This document shows positions 1 through 10,475 of a stretch of 64,000 bases of DNA, piece after piece. The stretch's first letter is position 1. Each line of letters opens with the position of its first letter. The DNA lies in assembly GCA_973895155.1 (NCBI GenBank), contig OZ316893.1:27848210-27912209 (forward strand), in the 5' to 3' direction. The DNA comes from Marsupella aquatica (Eukaryota; Plantae; Marchantiophyta). The position numbers and the translations under genes are program-made. The notes beneath the pieces are model-generated. The model ran no database searches and had not been told where the DNA came from. It saw only the letters and a program-made list of their open reading frames with translations.

Positions 1-2038
1 GCTGAGGTGTGCGAGCCGCTGTGAGTTGCCTCTTGATCCCTTGTCTGTCGCAAAATTGGCAGAATTCGTTGGACAAGTATTCACCTCCTCGATCTGATCG
101 AACACATTGAATTTTGCTGTCGAATTCATTTTCGACCATAGCTTTAAAGTCTTTGAACTTTAAGAAGGCTTCACTTTTGGCTTTCAGGAAATACACCCAT
201 GTGTAGCGAGAGAAATCATCCGTGAATGTAAGCAAATATTTTGCTTTAGAAAGAGATGAAACAATGAAGGGGCCACAGAGATCCGTATGAACCAATTGCA
301 GTGGTTTGGTTGACCTGTTGGCAGATTTCTTGGGTATGCGCTCTCGATGTTGTTTCCCCATGATGCATGTATCACAGACATGATCCTCCAATGGCAGCTT
401 GGGCAGACCTTCAACCAACTCGTTTGAAGACATGTTGTAAACTCTGCGGAAGTTCACGTGACTGAGCCTTCGGTGCCATAGCTCAAGAGGTGACACATCG
501 CTTTGTGTCTCACTGTTAGCATTGCTCGTAGGTGTGTTGGATGGAGGACTGCTGGCATGCTCGTCCGTGCTGTCTACTAATGAAATGTGTATTTCAGAGC
601 ACAGCTTGGCATTGCCCTGAATAGACGAGTCTAGTCGGTATAGACTATTGTGTCTATCCCTTGTTGCCCTCAGAAAGATCTTATTAGGATCTTCTTTATC
701 CAACACGTAGCAATGACGGGAATTAAATAATACATTGTGGCCTTCATCAGCCAACTGACCAACTGACAAGAGATTGCGAGTCATACCAGGCACGTACAAA
801 ACCTTTTTGACCACTTTATTTCCATTGAACTTAGTGCTGCCTCTTCCAGCAACTGGAATGCGTGCACCAGAGGCAGTAGTTACATTGGAGGTGGATGCGT
901 ATGGAACAACGTGATTAAGAGTACTCTTGTTCCCAGTTACATGAGTACTAGCACCTGAATCAACTAGCCAATCTTGACTAGCTTTGAATTCTGTGAGATT
1001 AACTTCTAAGATGCTTCTGTCGGGATCGCTGTCGGACTCACATTCTTCAGGTTCCACCGTCTCAGCCACGTTTGCATGGTGCATGCCTTTCTTAATGTCC
1101 GCATGCTTGATTTGTAGGCCCTTGATTTGGCTCTCAATCTTCTTGAGGCATTCCCCTTCCCAGTGACCAATATGCCCACAGAAATTGCAAGCTTCGGTCT
1201 TCCTGGCTGAAGAAGGTGCGCTTCGTCCCCGTCCACGATAGTTGTTTCTGCCTCTGCCACATCCACGAAGAGGGCCACCACGCTGGGTGTTGTAGCTAGT
1301 CATCAGTGCTTCTTCGGTGTCGTTGCTCTGTAAAGCCCGTTGCATTTCTTCGGCCTCAAGGTGACCAATAAGGTCTGAGAATGACAGTGTCGGGAACTGA
1401 TGCAGCAAGGTACCAAACGACATGATAAATGGCTTCCAGCTCGCAGGTAATCCTTTGAGAGTGGTGCGGATTAGTTCCTTATCTTCTATAACAAAATTGA
1501 TGTCACCTAGCTGCATCACCAAGTTGTCAATCTCACGAATGTATTCCTCAACACTACTCCCTTCGGACATGTGCATCTTAGACAGTTTATCCCTGAGGAT
1601 GAGCTGCTTACCCATGGCCGCGGATTCAAAACGCGATTTCAGCTGTAGCCATATCTTGGCAAGATCGTCAATGTACTTCTTCACGATAGGGAAGATGTGA
1701 TCCTTGACCGTCTGAGAGAAGATGTAGATTGCTCTTTCCTTCTTTTCTTCGATTTGCTCTGGCGTGAGTTGCATTGGCTTCGTGGGGTCTGGACTGACCA
1801 GCTCGAACCACACTTTATCCTTGCGGAACTGTCGCTCCACCTTGAAGGACCACCCGATGAAATTCTTACTGCCATCGAGCTTGTCCTTGTCTGCATAGAC
1901 GAGGCCTTTGTCAAACTCGTAGTGGACATTCTGAGCTGCAGGAGGTCCAGTGCTTGGCGATGCTTGCTGTGTGCTGCTGCCTGGTGAGGCAGCTTGGGAG
2001 CCGCTGCTCTGTGATGATCGCTGTGGGCCGCCAGCCAT
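1..2038 (-). CDS. Copia Gag-Pol polyprotein, partial (Gag, zinc knuckle, aspartic protease, pre-integrase domain, integrase core)
   Basis: ATG at 2038 (MAGGPQRSS...). Translation gives KDKLDGSKNFIGW (Gag), CNFCGHIGHWEGEC (CX2CX4HX4C), WLVDSGASTHVTG (protease), LWHRRLSH...CDTCIMGKQ (HHCC), and LVHTDLCGP, DDFSRYTWVYFLK, VRSDRGGEY (integrase). It is absent from the ORF track, presumably because no stop lies inside the window. Confidence 0.95.
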   Translation of the reverse strand, partial: MAGGPQRSSQSSGSQAASPGSSTQQASPSTGPPAAQNVHYEFDKGLVYADKDKLDGSKNFIGWSFKVERQFRKDKVWFELVSPDPTKPMQLTPEQIEEKKERAIYIFSQTVKDHIFPIVKKYIDDLAKIWLQLKSRFESAAMGKQLILRDKLSKMHMSEGSSVEEYIREIDNLVMQLGDINFVIEDKELIRTTLKGLPASWKPFIMSFGTLLHQFPTLSFSDLIGHLEAEEMQRALQSNDTEEALMTSYNTQRGGPLRGCGRGRNNYRGRGRSAPSSARKTEACNFCGHIGHWEGECLKKIESQIKGLQIKHADIKKGMHHANVAETVEPEECESDSDPDRSILEVNLTEFKASQDWLVDSGASTHVTGNKSTLNHVVPYASTSNVTTASGARIPVAGRGSTKFNGNKVVKKVLYVPGMTRNLLSVGQLADEGHNVLFNSRHCYVLDKEDPNKIFLRATRDRHNSLYRLDSSIQGNAKLCSEIHISLVDSTDEHASSPPSNTPTSNANSETQSDVSPLELWHRRLSHVNFRRVYNMSSNELVEGLPKLPLEDHVCDTCIMGKQHRERIPKKSANRSTKPLQLVHTDLCGPFIVSSLSKAKYLLTFTDDFSRYTWVYFLKAKSEAFLKFKDFKAMVENEFDSKIQCVRSDRGGEYLSNEFCQFCDRQGIKRQLTAARTPQ

Positions 2039-2100
2039 TCTGCTCAGCACGCGAGTAACGCTGGGAGATTCTCACCACGATTGTGCTCTGGCAGTCTGTT

Positions 2101-2112
2101 GCTCTGATACCA
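2101..2112 (-). promoter_or_regulatory. Primer-binding site complementary to the 3' end of initiator tRNA-Met
   Basis: TGGTATCAGAGC immediately follows the LTR-terminal CA. Confidence 0.92.
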
Positions 2113-2378
2113 TGAAGAAACTGACGAGCGCAGCTTCCCATAATTTACACAGCAAGAATGCAGAATGAACAGTGAATTGGTCCTTAAGAGAGTGGTCGGC
2201 GAGAGAATGCACCGCACCAGATCAGTGAATACTAATCGGACCGTAAGTAAGATTAACCCTAAATCTAACGGTAATCACACATATACAGGCCCCCCCAGAT
2301 AACACCTAAGCGAAGGGGGAACAGACAAAGGAACAGCAAGTGGCATATGTACACCGGATGAACGTCGTAAACTTAACA
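2113..2378 (-). repeat. 5' LTR (about 266 bp) of the copia element
   Basis: Reads TGTTAAGTTT...TTTCTTCA on the minus strand and abuts the PBS. The outer boundary is inferred from the TG start alone because the partner LTR lies outside the window. Confidence 0.75.
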
Positions 2379-3203
2379 AAAAAGTGTTCGGCTGATTTCT
2401 TGAACACTATGTAAGAGCCCCAGCTACATTTCAAGATGCAGATGAAAGTCATCGAACACCCTTAGAGCGAAACAAATTGCAGACTCTTCAATCCAGCATT
2501 TGGCATAAATTAAGGTTTCGATCTTAAGAATTGGGGAAGTTTGATATCTATTCCAATTCTGATTTGGAACACTAAATTAATTTTCTGGAGAGGTGCCAAG
2601 AATCTCTGTTAATTCTGGAGAGGTGCCAAGTTAATTACTGCTTCTGAACCTCCGTGGCTGTCTGAGGCCAGTCGACCTCCTATCCACCGGAAGTTAAATC
2701 TCTACAAGGAGATCAACTGATCAACCACGCCAGATCAGCCAGAAACCTGTAACTGATCAGCAAGATAAGTTACACGAAGCTAGCGAATAGTATACAGTGT
2801 GAATTGAGCCGTCATGCGGTCAGGGTTATACTTTGAACCAAGAAAGAATGTGGTTAATATCTGCATGTAGGTATGCTCACATCCATCAGGAGTGACCTAG
2901 GAAAGATTGTCTCCAGCCTGTAGAACCTCCTGGACATGCATGCATTTGGGCAGGCACCCACGACTATGGCCACCCAAGAGTGACCATAAAAGCACATTCT
3001 TTTATGAGAGCCATATCGTGACGAACGATGATCAGATTTGTCGCGCGGGAGGTCTATCCTGCATCATCATAAACATCGTTATAACATCAGAATATGGTCG
3101 TTGATCGAAAGACTAATCTCTTGAAAACTTATTGTCTGGGAGGTTCATCCATTTCGTCATGAATACCGTCATCCCATTAGACATTGGTTGAAGGACAAGC
3201 CGC

Positions 3204-3420
3204 TTTTATATTTTTATATTTTTTATAACGCTTAAAGGAGACGAGGCCCCACAACTTCATTCCGAGAGAACAAGACAAAAGCCTCAGCACAACCCAAGAC
3301 AAAAACAATTACATGGCAAAAACATGAGGGACCGAATCCAAAGGATCCAAGCGCCGATCAGGAAAATGTGAAAGAGGTATATTACAGAACCAAAAATGCA
3401 ACTCAGCAGAGTAGACAGCT
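3204..3420 (-). mobile_element. Possible 3' end of a non-LTR retroelement (LINE/SINE fragment)
   Basis: T-rich body on the minus strand ending in an A-rich (TATAAAAAA)n tail at about 3204-3228. No convincing TSD. Confidence 0.3.
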
Positions 3421-6001
3421 AGCTGAAGGTCATGTATAATTGAGCTACTCTTCTTGTTTAGGGAATTAAGTTTCTCCTTTGTATGAACATTAATTTAGTA
3501 ATCTCACCAGAACACCACTCCTTGTTCTTTGGCAGTTTGCTATATATATTTACTGTAGTTAAGGGGCTATATCGTTATCGGACTAGAATAACGTACGATT
3601 GTAGCAGGAGTATGTGCCTGTCCTGAAAATTGACTGCTTGGGAAGTATATATTTAACTTCCATCACAGAAAAGTAGCTGTTATCACGAATACATTAAACT
3701 AGACTGACCCATACCTACCTCGAAATTTGCGCACACCTTTGGTTGCCTTCCCCACCTGTTCGATCTCTAACTCCCAAAACTTGCAGCCACACAGAGTGTT
3801 CTCTCACTCCCCGTCTCACTCCCAAATTTGCAGCCACACAGAGACGAGTCTAGAGGCTTCACTCTACATCGACCCCTCCAGAAAGTAGATAGTGCAGCTT
3901 TCGGATCGCGAATTACTAGTTAGATAGGTCTCCGCTCACAATTGGAGCTCCTGCCTACATATCTGACTGAAAACCGAACAAGCATACCATTAGCTGTCGA
4001 CCTCAGACATACTCATATATGTATATGTATGTATATTCTATCCCAAGCTGGTCACTGCATGGTGGATCAGATGAGCTTATTCTGGCCCAAATATCTACAA
4101 AACACGTTGTGTCTCAGGCGGATTACGGGGTAGTGGTTCCTTGACGCAGCTACATATACTTTATACTGGAGAAGTAGTGCTGTGACGCGGACGGAACGAC
4201 TCTCATTAGATTCAATCTGCCCATGATTGGAATCATATATAGTCTTCCCTCTTATCTCCAGACTAGACAGCCTGATTGAAAAAAGAATTGAAGATATCAG
4301 TATTCCTGTACTGATAACATGGGCAAGATACTTTGCTCGTTCAGATGGCGGCCACGTGAAAACAAAATGCTCATTGGGATCTCAGAACTCAGTTTTGTCC
4401 GTTTCATTTTCACGAGGTACTCTATACAGGTTGCCGAAAAGATTGCATGCAGTCCTCCGATCCAGCGGTCCAACGAGTTATTGCATGCACCATACCGTAT
4501 CAGTCAGAAGCGTGGATCTCTCGGTGAACCAGTAAATATCTCGATTTGAAGCAAATTAGCTGCGCCGAGTGACCTGCTATTGCTGCTGCATTGAGGAGAT
4601 CAGACAGGCAGACGCGTGGCAGGGAATTTATGTAAACAATACTTGGGGCAATGCTTACCTCTGCCTTGGTTGCGGTGAAGATTAGACGGTTATCTTGCGG
4701 AAAGAGCTGCATGTCATATTTAGGCTAACGGAAAACATATCGCGTAGTACTCCAGCCCATGGAGGTTGACGTGAGCGCGGATGTGTCGGCTGGCTCCCTG
4801 ATGACTGCTCGGCTGTCACTTCAGACTAGTTTGAGAGGAGAGAGCAATTGAATCAGCTTGTATTATTGTATGCACGTTGGCAGGTTTCCTGGCTGGTCGG
4901 CCATAACTTCAATGGAGTTTGAGAGTAGATGCATGCATCAACTGAATTCACGTTGTTCCCTTTAATTTCTTTACTTTTCTTTTACTAGTTACAGTGGATA
5001 TTTTCTTAAAATCCAAGCTGCTAGTAGTGGGCATTTTCGTCTAATCTTCAGTTTTGCCCGGGAGGATGGATAGACTGGGAATTTAGGTGGAAAGGAACTC
5101 GGTAGACGCATGAAGGAGGGTTGACTTGAGGAGGAACCCTTTGCAGTACAGATTTGTACTTCTTCGAGGATTTCATTCAAGCTCTACAGTACAAGTTAAG
5201 CCGAATCAGGTTTTTGATGAAGTTCTCGTTCAGGTTTGTGGCACGATCTTTAGATTGCTCTACTGCGGCCTGGTTCACGATGGTTCTTACTAAGGATTGA
5301 ACTGGAGGTGTAGACAGTGGCCAGAGGGGTGTTAAATAATTAAAAGCATTCGCCAAATTAGCTTGGAGTTGTCAATCAGGGAACGTTATTTGATTTTTGA
5401 GGTTTTCACTGTGAATGATATCTGAAAAGAGAGCACGCTGTGAACGCAAGGACTTGCAGCAGTTCTCATTGACAAAACCGTCTATTGGCGAAGTTTGTCA
5501 CATTCTTTACCCTGTTCCTTGTGCTAATACTGGAGGCCTGATCGAGATGTCATGGAGGATGCGGCGGTGTTACCTCCGCAAACAAGCTAGCTACCTGGAA
5601 GACTACCACTGAAGGAGAAAACTTCGCGCGATCAGCTGATTGAGGTTGGTCTCAGGAGAGCCAAAAGGAGGTTCCGGCAGAGGAAACTTTCGTTAGCCCC
5701 AGTCAGAGACACTTTTGTTCCTTCAGGCGGATAGGCAGAAGTACTTCCACAATGTGTATTGATTGCTTGTGGACACATGTGCAAATATCTTGCATCTAAT
5801 GCAGGTTTCAAAGGTGAGAGAGTGTCCGACTTGTATCGAGAACGGAGAGATTGCGTTTATTGGAGATAACCACTAAAAGATCATACAGGCCGGGATGCAT
5901 GTCACATCTCCTTTGAGATAAGATTGTTATTTAGGGCGGGTATTCGAATTGAAGGAAACCACTGAGGCACATATAGACGGGCTTGTTCCTAGATCCAAGG
6001 A

Positions 6002-7456
6002 ATGGGGAACGCGTTGTTTCGTTGCTACACAACTGGTACGAACGACGTCGTAAGAGTGAACCGCAGGCGTCGAAGCTTTTGGGACGCGATTCTATGCGGC
6101 TGCGGGTTCAAAGCGCCGTGGAAGCGAAGGAGAAGCGCAATCATCGAAAATGTTTCCAGCGATTACCAAAGACCAGGCTCAGAGAATATACGTATTTGCG
6201 ACAGCCTCGATTCGGCAAATCAACAGAGCTCAGTCAGCTACGATCCCAGGTCAAGATCCACGAGCAAGGCCTCCGTCTTACTGACCCAACACAATCACCG
6301 AGCGAGCGTACTCCACACCATAAACAAGGGGTGGGGTTTAAATAGGTCAATCGCCTCAAACTCGTTTCTGTCTGTGATAAGTAGTAACTCCCCAGACACG
6401 GCGAGGAGGTTGTTCAACAAGCACTGGAACTACCAGAAATTGCAAGCATGCAGCCCACCCTCCCATTCGCCTCAGAGGACAAATTCCCCAGATATAACAA
6501 TAATGTCCTTCAACCCTCATAGTTACGGGAAGCTGGAAGCACATAGCCCGTCTCGGTTCAGTGGTGGTTGCCAAGATCTGACCACATTGTCCTTCAACCC
6601 GCACAGTTACCACAAGCTGCAAGGACATAACCCAGAGTCCCCTCCGTCTCAGTCTCCCAGTGATTCCCCAGACATGACGAGGATGGCCGATTGCCAGGAC
6701 TCCTACCAACAGCAGTATGTAGACCGTATCCCTACGTCTCGTTCCTACCCAACGAGCAGTAGCTCTGTAGACATGATGAGGAAATCCTTCAACCAGCACT
6801 GCTACCAACAGCGGCATTCAGCATTCCCGAAGAAATGTCCAAGCCCTCGAAGAAACAATAAGCCAGGCTCGGGAAAGTCCAGCAGACGGAAACGTAGTGG
6901 AATGCGCTCTACGTCTCAGAGGACTCCTAATTCCAAATCATCAGGGAGAGCTCTCAGTGGGGACTATGAGGACAAGCCTAATGGACTGAGCGCTCAGTCT
7001 CGAAAGATTTATGATTCCACATCGCTGGGGATGGCTTTCAGTGGGCGTATTGAAGACAACGGGGATAAGAGCGGTAAATTTCCCTCTCTGGCTGATAGGA
7101 CGTCTAAACTTTCCAAGTCACTGGGGAGAGCTCTCAAGGAAGACAAAAACAATGAGGACTGTTGTAAAGGATTGCGTTCTCAATCTCACACAAATGTCAT
7201 TGTCGAACCACCGGGGAGAACTGTGAAGTGGCGCATTGATGACAACGAGCTAGGTGGCACACCGCACCCGAGCTTTTATGAGGGCCGAGTTGCGGTTGTG
7301 AATGTTATCCCAAAAAGCGCAGCTCTAGCTCTCATTCGGCGTCACAAAGCTTTCGCTAATAGGAGAAATGTGACTCGTTCCGGCGAGTCCTGTCGCCGCC
7401 ATTGGAGGCCAGCTCTCGAAAGCATTTCAGAGGCAGGAGACTGGGAAACGTTTTGA
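6002..7456 (+). CDS. Uncharacterised intronless 484-aa Ser/Arg-rich protein; MGNALFRC N-terminus, internal repeats, C-terminal WRPALESISE motif
   Basis: Long uninterrupted ATG-TGA ORF. Both terminal motifs (MGN..., WRPxLxxIxE) resemble the ends of plant PADRE/DUF4228 proteins, but no globular domain is recognisable. Confidence 0.8.
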   Translation: MGNALFRCYTTGTNDVVRVNRRRRSFWDAILCGCGFKAPWKRRRSAIIENVSSDYQRPGSENIRICDSLDSANQQSSVSYDPRSRSTSKASVLLTQHNHRASVLHTINKGWGLNRSIASNSFLSVISSNSPDTARRLFNKHWNYQKLQACSPPSHSPQRTNSPDITIMSFNPHSYGKLEAHSPSRFSGGCQDLTTLSFNPHSYHKLQGHNPESPPSQSPSDSPDMTRMADCQDSYQQQYVDRIPTSRSYPTSSSSVDMMRKSFNQHCYQQRHSAFPKKCPSPRRNNKPGSGKSSRRKRSGMRSTSQRTPNSKSSGRALSGDYEDKPNGLSAQSRKIYDSTSLGMAFSGRIEDNGDKSGKFPSLADRTSKLSKSLGRALKEDKNNEDCCKGLRSQSHTNVIVEPPGRTVKWRIDDNELGGTPHPSFYEGRVAVVNVIPKSAALALIRRHKAFANRRNVTRSGESCRRHWRPALESISEAGDWETF

Positions 7457-7879
7457 CCGTGCGTCCGTCGTCTCTCATGCAGCCGCAGAATTAAAGTCAA
7501 AATTGTGGTCTAGGGTCCAATTTGCTGAGCGAAGTTTCTTACCGGTAAAGCAGGCGGTGCGTCGAAGTCTGCTGACTCCGAGTCCTTCGTTGCAGTTGTC
7601 TATACCATCTTGTAAAACTTACCTAGCTCCGTGTCTTTCAATTAGAGTGTAAAATTCTCAATGTCCTGTACAAATGGTGGTACATATGGCGGTGATGTAA
7701 TTAAAAAAATCACAGTAGTCGATAAGCTACACACAGTAGTCGATAAGCTACAGTGAGCTCTGAAGGTTTTAGGAATTCTTGAAAAGATAGAAAGAGGGGT
7801 CAAAGCTAGGAACCGACGTTTGAATCTCACGTTCGGCCGAACCGCTAGAGAATTTTAATCCACAACAACAGCTTGTGAT

Positions 7880-8930
7880 GTTCAGCTATTGACTTGTATA
7901 TTTTGTTTCTGTAGACTGAGGGCAATTGGTGCAAATATTCCCACTTTCGGCTTGGGTAATGTGATGCTCAGCCCCGTGCTCAGTTTTAGAGAAGATCTTA
8001 CCTTATGTATCTCGGAGAATAGGTGGGATGGAAACATACCCGGCCACTTTCTGGTTGGGTAACTTTTGTATAGCTGCACAGTTGGGGCATTGCCCCGCCT
8101 TTTCCTAGTATTAAGTGTGATGTTCAATACAATCATTTTCCCCTTTGCTTGTTACGACAGTATTCAGCAGTTCGCTTGAATTCTCTCGTTCTCTAGAGGA
8201 ATAGGGCGAATTTGTGGCTGGCTTCCACCCCAAGCGTTCCTTTTCGTAATATTTCTGACCCAGGATACATTTGTTTGTTTTCCTGTATCGGTCCAACTAC
8301 AGCTGCAAATCACTGTACAAATCTAAGAACATAAACTAATAATTAACGTGATGTTCAAACTCCGTGATCTTTACTCCACGAAACTATAGGACCAATTCCA
8401 TTGACCGGTAATGCATTTGAGTTCACAAGGATGCATTCTCCAACAGTGCTGGTCGGTGCAGTCAATCAAATAGTCTCGCAAACGGTTGGCCTTGTAGAAA
8501 TCCTAAAGCAAACAAATGAATTTCCTATTAATTTAAAACACGTGGGAATAACTTCTACCTTGACTCTTCTTTACGTTAAAACCTGTAGAGTGTCAAAGAT
8601 CTTTTCAAACGATTCTATTCTATCTATCTATCTACGATGCTATCCATCTCATCCGTTCTTTCGCGTGGTAGTGTTGCAAAATCAACCTATCCGTTCTTTC
8701 GAGTGGTAGTGTTGCAAAATCAACCTTGGGCAGGAATCCATCATTCCGGACTGTCCATTTGAGAACAAGATTTTCTGAAGTAGTCCGATCACCAAAAAGG
8801 GTCATGAAGGGGATCTGGGCACAGGCATCAAGCACAGTAATACCTGATGGCGCCCTTCTGTACACGTTGTCAGCGTATTTTCCCGTGACCAATTGGATCA
8901 GGTCATCTCTCGTCCTGATCTTTGATCCTA
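7880..8930 (-). pseudogene. Relic of a spliced gene or transposon gene of unknown family
   Basis: Exon-like blocks with AG/GT borders (SKIRTRDDLIQLVTGKYADNVYRRAP...KVDFATLP; DFYKANRLRDYLIDC...; CSWTDTGKQTNVSWVRNI...), broken by stops and by a 38-bp tandem duplication at about 8651-8725. Confidence 0.35.
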
Positions 8931-9419
8931 AGAAATGAGGCGAATAGCACCTGCCTCACACCTGGCTCAGGGCACCCTCTAGTCACGTTGGTGGTACCGT
9001 ACCGGCAGGCTACAGTAGGCATGGAGTACAATACCCGCAGCCCATTACCCTTGTCTGGGGATGTTTAGGGTACAATATTGTCCTACACAGAAATTCCTTC
9101 GACTGCAGATCAAGCATCTACAACAACTATAATATGCTATCCCTCTTTTTTACTCTCATCCTCTGTTTATGAGAATGGAAAATAGGGAACTAATTGTGGC
9201 CATAGAATTGAATCACAAAATTTCTGAACCATTAGATCTGGCAAAAGGGAGGAAGAAAGGCCTCGGGAGAAGCATTGCATGTCCCGTTGCATGTGCCCAC
9301 TCAAGACTCGATCCCCAAGGCACCTTAGAAATCAATTGATGTTGGCTTGCTAGGCATGACAATGACATGGTGAGGTGAAATGGTATGGTATGGAAAGTCA
9401 AGGGACATCAATTGGGCCT

Positions 9420-10475
9420 ACATCACATTTACAGCCTACAGCTTTTTATCAACCTAAACCCTAAACCCCCTAAATTGCCAAAATTTCTAATCGGTCCCCC
9501 AAACTAATGTATTTGCTTCCCTCTGCCCCCCATTCAGGATATGGAATTGTATTATCCCATCTTGGGGTTCCAGATGCCAGGTGTCAAGGTGTCATTGGCC
9601 CGGACTATTATGCCCGAGTACTGCTTCTCCCTGCCAGACTGCTGCTGCCCCCCTCCCCATCGAGGCCTGTTTTGATGGAACGGTCTTCGCTTCAGACCCA
9701 GGAGGAGGCCAAACGGCCACCCCACAAACCTGCGCTCCCCCCTAATTAAGCCCTCACAAACCCCCGACGTGTTTTGGCAGCCCAAGTTCACAAGAGAACG
9801 CAGCATCAACAGTGTTTTGCCAGCCACTTTTTACAAAAGAAAAATGGCACGAATGCTGGGGGTCTCACTATATGGATACCTCCCCATGATCACTTGCAAC
9901 GTTTTTAGGCCTCGGACCCCGTAAAATGTAACCAAAAAAAAATATTTTCAACCCCTATAAAGTTGACATATTCTTGGAATATCCCAAAAAAATTGGTTAT
10001 AAGGATCCTAATGTTCTTATAAGTCTCAAAGTTGGATTTAAAAAACCCTATTGTCCTTCTTAGAAAATTCTTAATAAGTCTTCCCTTTGAACCAATAAAA
10101 TGACCTTATACTTCATCGCACGTAATATGTCATTTTTGTGGAAATGAAACTTCCGAGTGCGAATGTTTACATATTTGCCTCCCCACTTTTGGCAGCTTGC
10201 TCTCGAGCTTTGAGCAGTTGCAATGTTTGACAGGCTTACTATCTTTGTGCGCCCCTAGGGTTTACACAAAAACAGGTTGCGACAGGGAGGGGGGAAGCAG
10301 CAGTTGGGTAGGGAGAAGTGACACTCGTGCGGAATAGTCCAGGCCAATGACGCCTGACACCTGGCATCCAGAACACAAGATGGTATAATACTATTCCATA
10401 TACCGAATGCGGGGCAGGGAAACAAATAAAACAGTTTGATAAAAAGCTTTGTGACAAATTGTACTGATGTGACTG
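9420..10475. mobile_element. Fold-back/MULE-like non-autonomous DNA element with long diverged inverted arms
   Basis: 9510-9673 aligns with the reverse complement of 10267-10429 (shared ATATGGAAT.GTATTAT.CCATCTTG, GATGCCAGGTGTCA, GTCATTGGCC.GGACTATT). Weaker similarity extends outward. Confidence 0.65.
9859..10142 (+). repeat. Dispersed repeat (probable MITE or DNA-transposon end), copy 1
   Basis: Colinear with 18422-18700 (GGGGTCTCACTATATGG...TTTTTAGGCCTC.GACCCC.TAAAATGTAA...AAGTCTTCCCTTTGAACCAAT). Confidence 0.75.

Larger units (their letters stand above)
1..2378 (-). mobile_element. Ty1/copia LTR retrotransposon, 5' part (5' LTR, PBS, gag-pol); continues beyond the window start
   Basis: On the minus strand a TG...CA LTR (2378->2113) is followed directly by PBS TGGTATCAGAGC and an open gag-PR-IN frame. 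Protease before integrase is the copia domain order. Confidence 0.95.

Noticed and set aside
984-2168. Short ORFs on both strands listed over the copia region
   Set aside because: They are alternative-frame or antisense shadows of the gag-pol frame.
6356-6817. 153-aa antisense ORF with apparent repeats
   Set aside because: It is the antisense shadow of the repeats in the 484-aa ORF.
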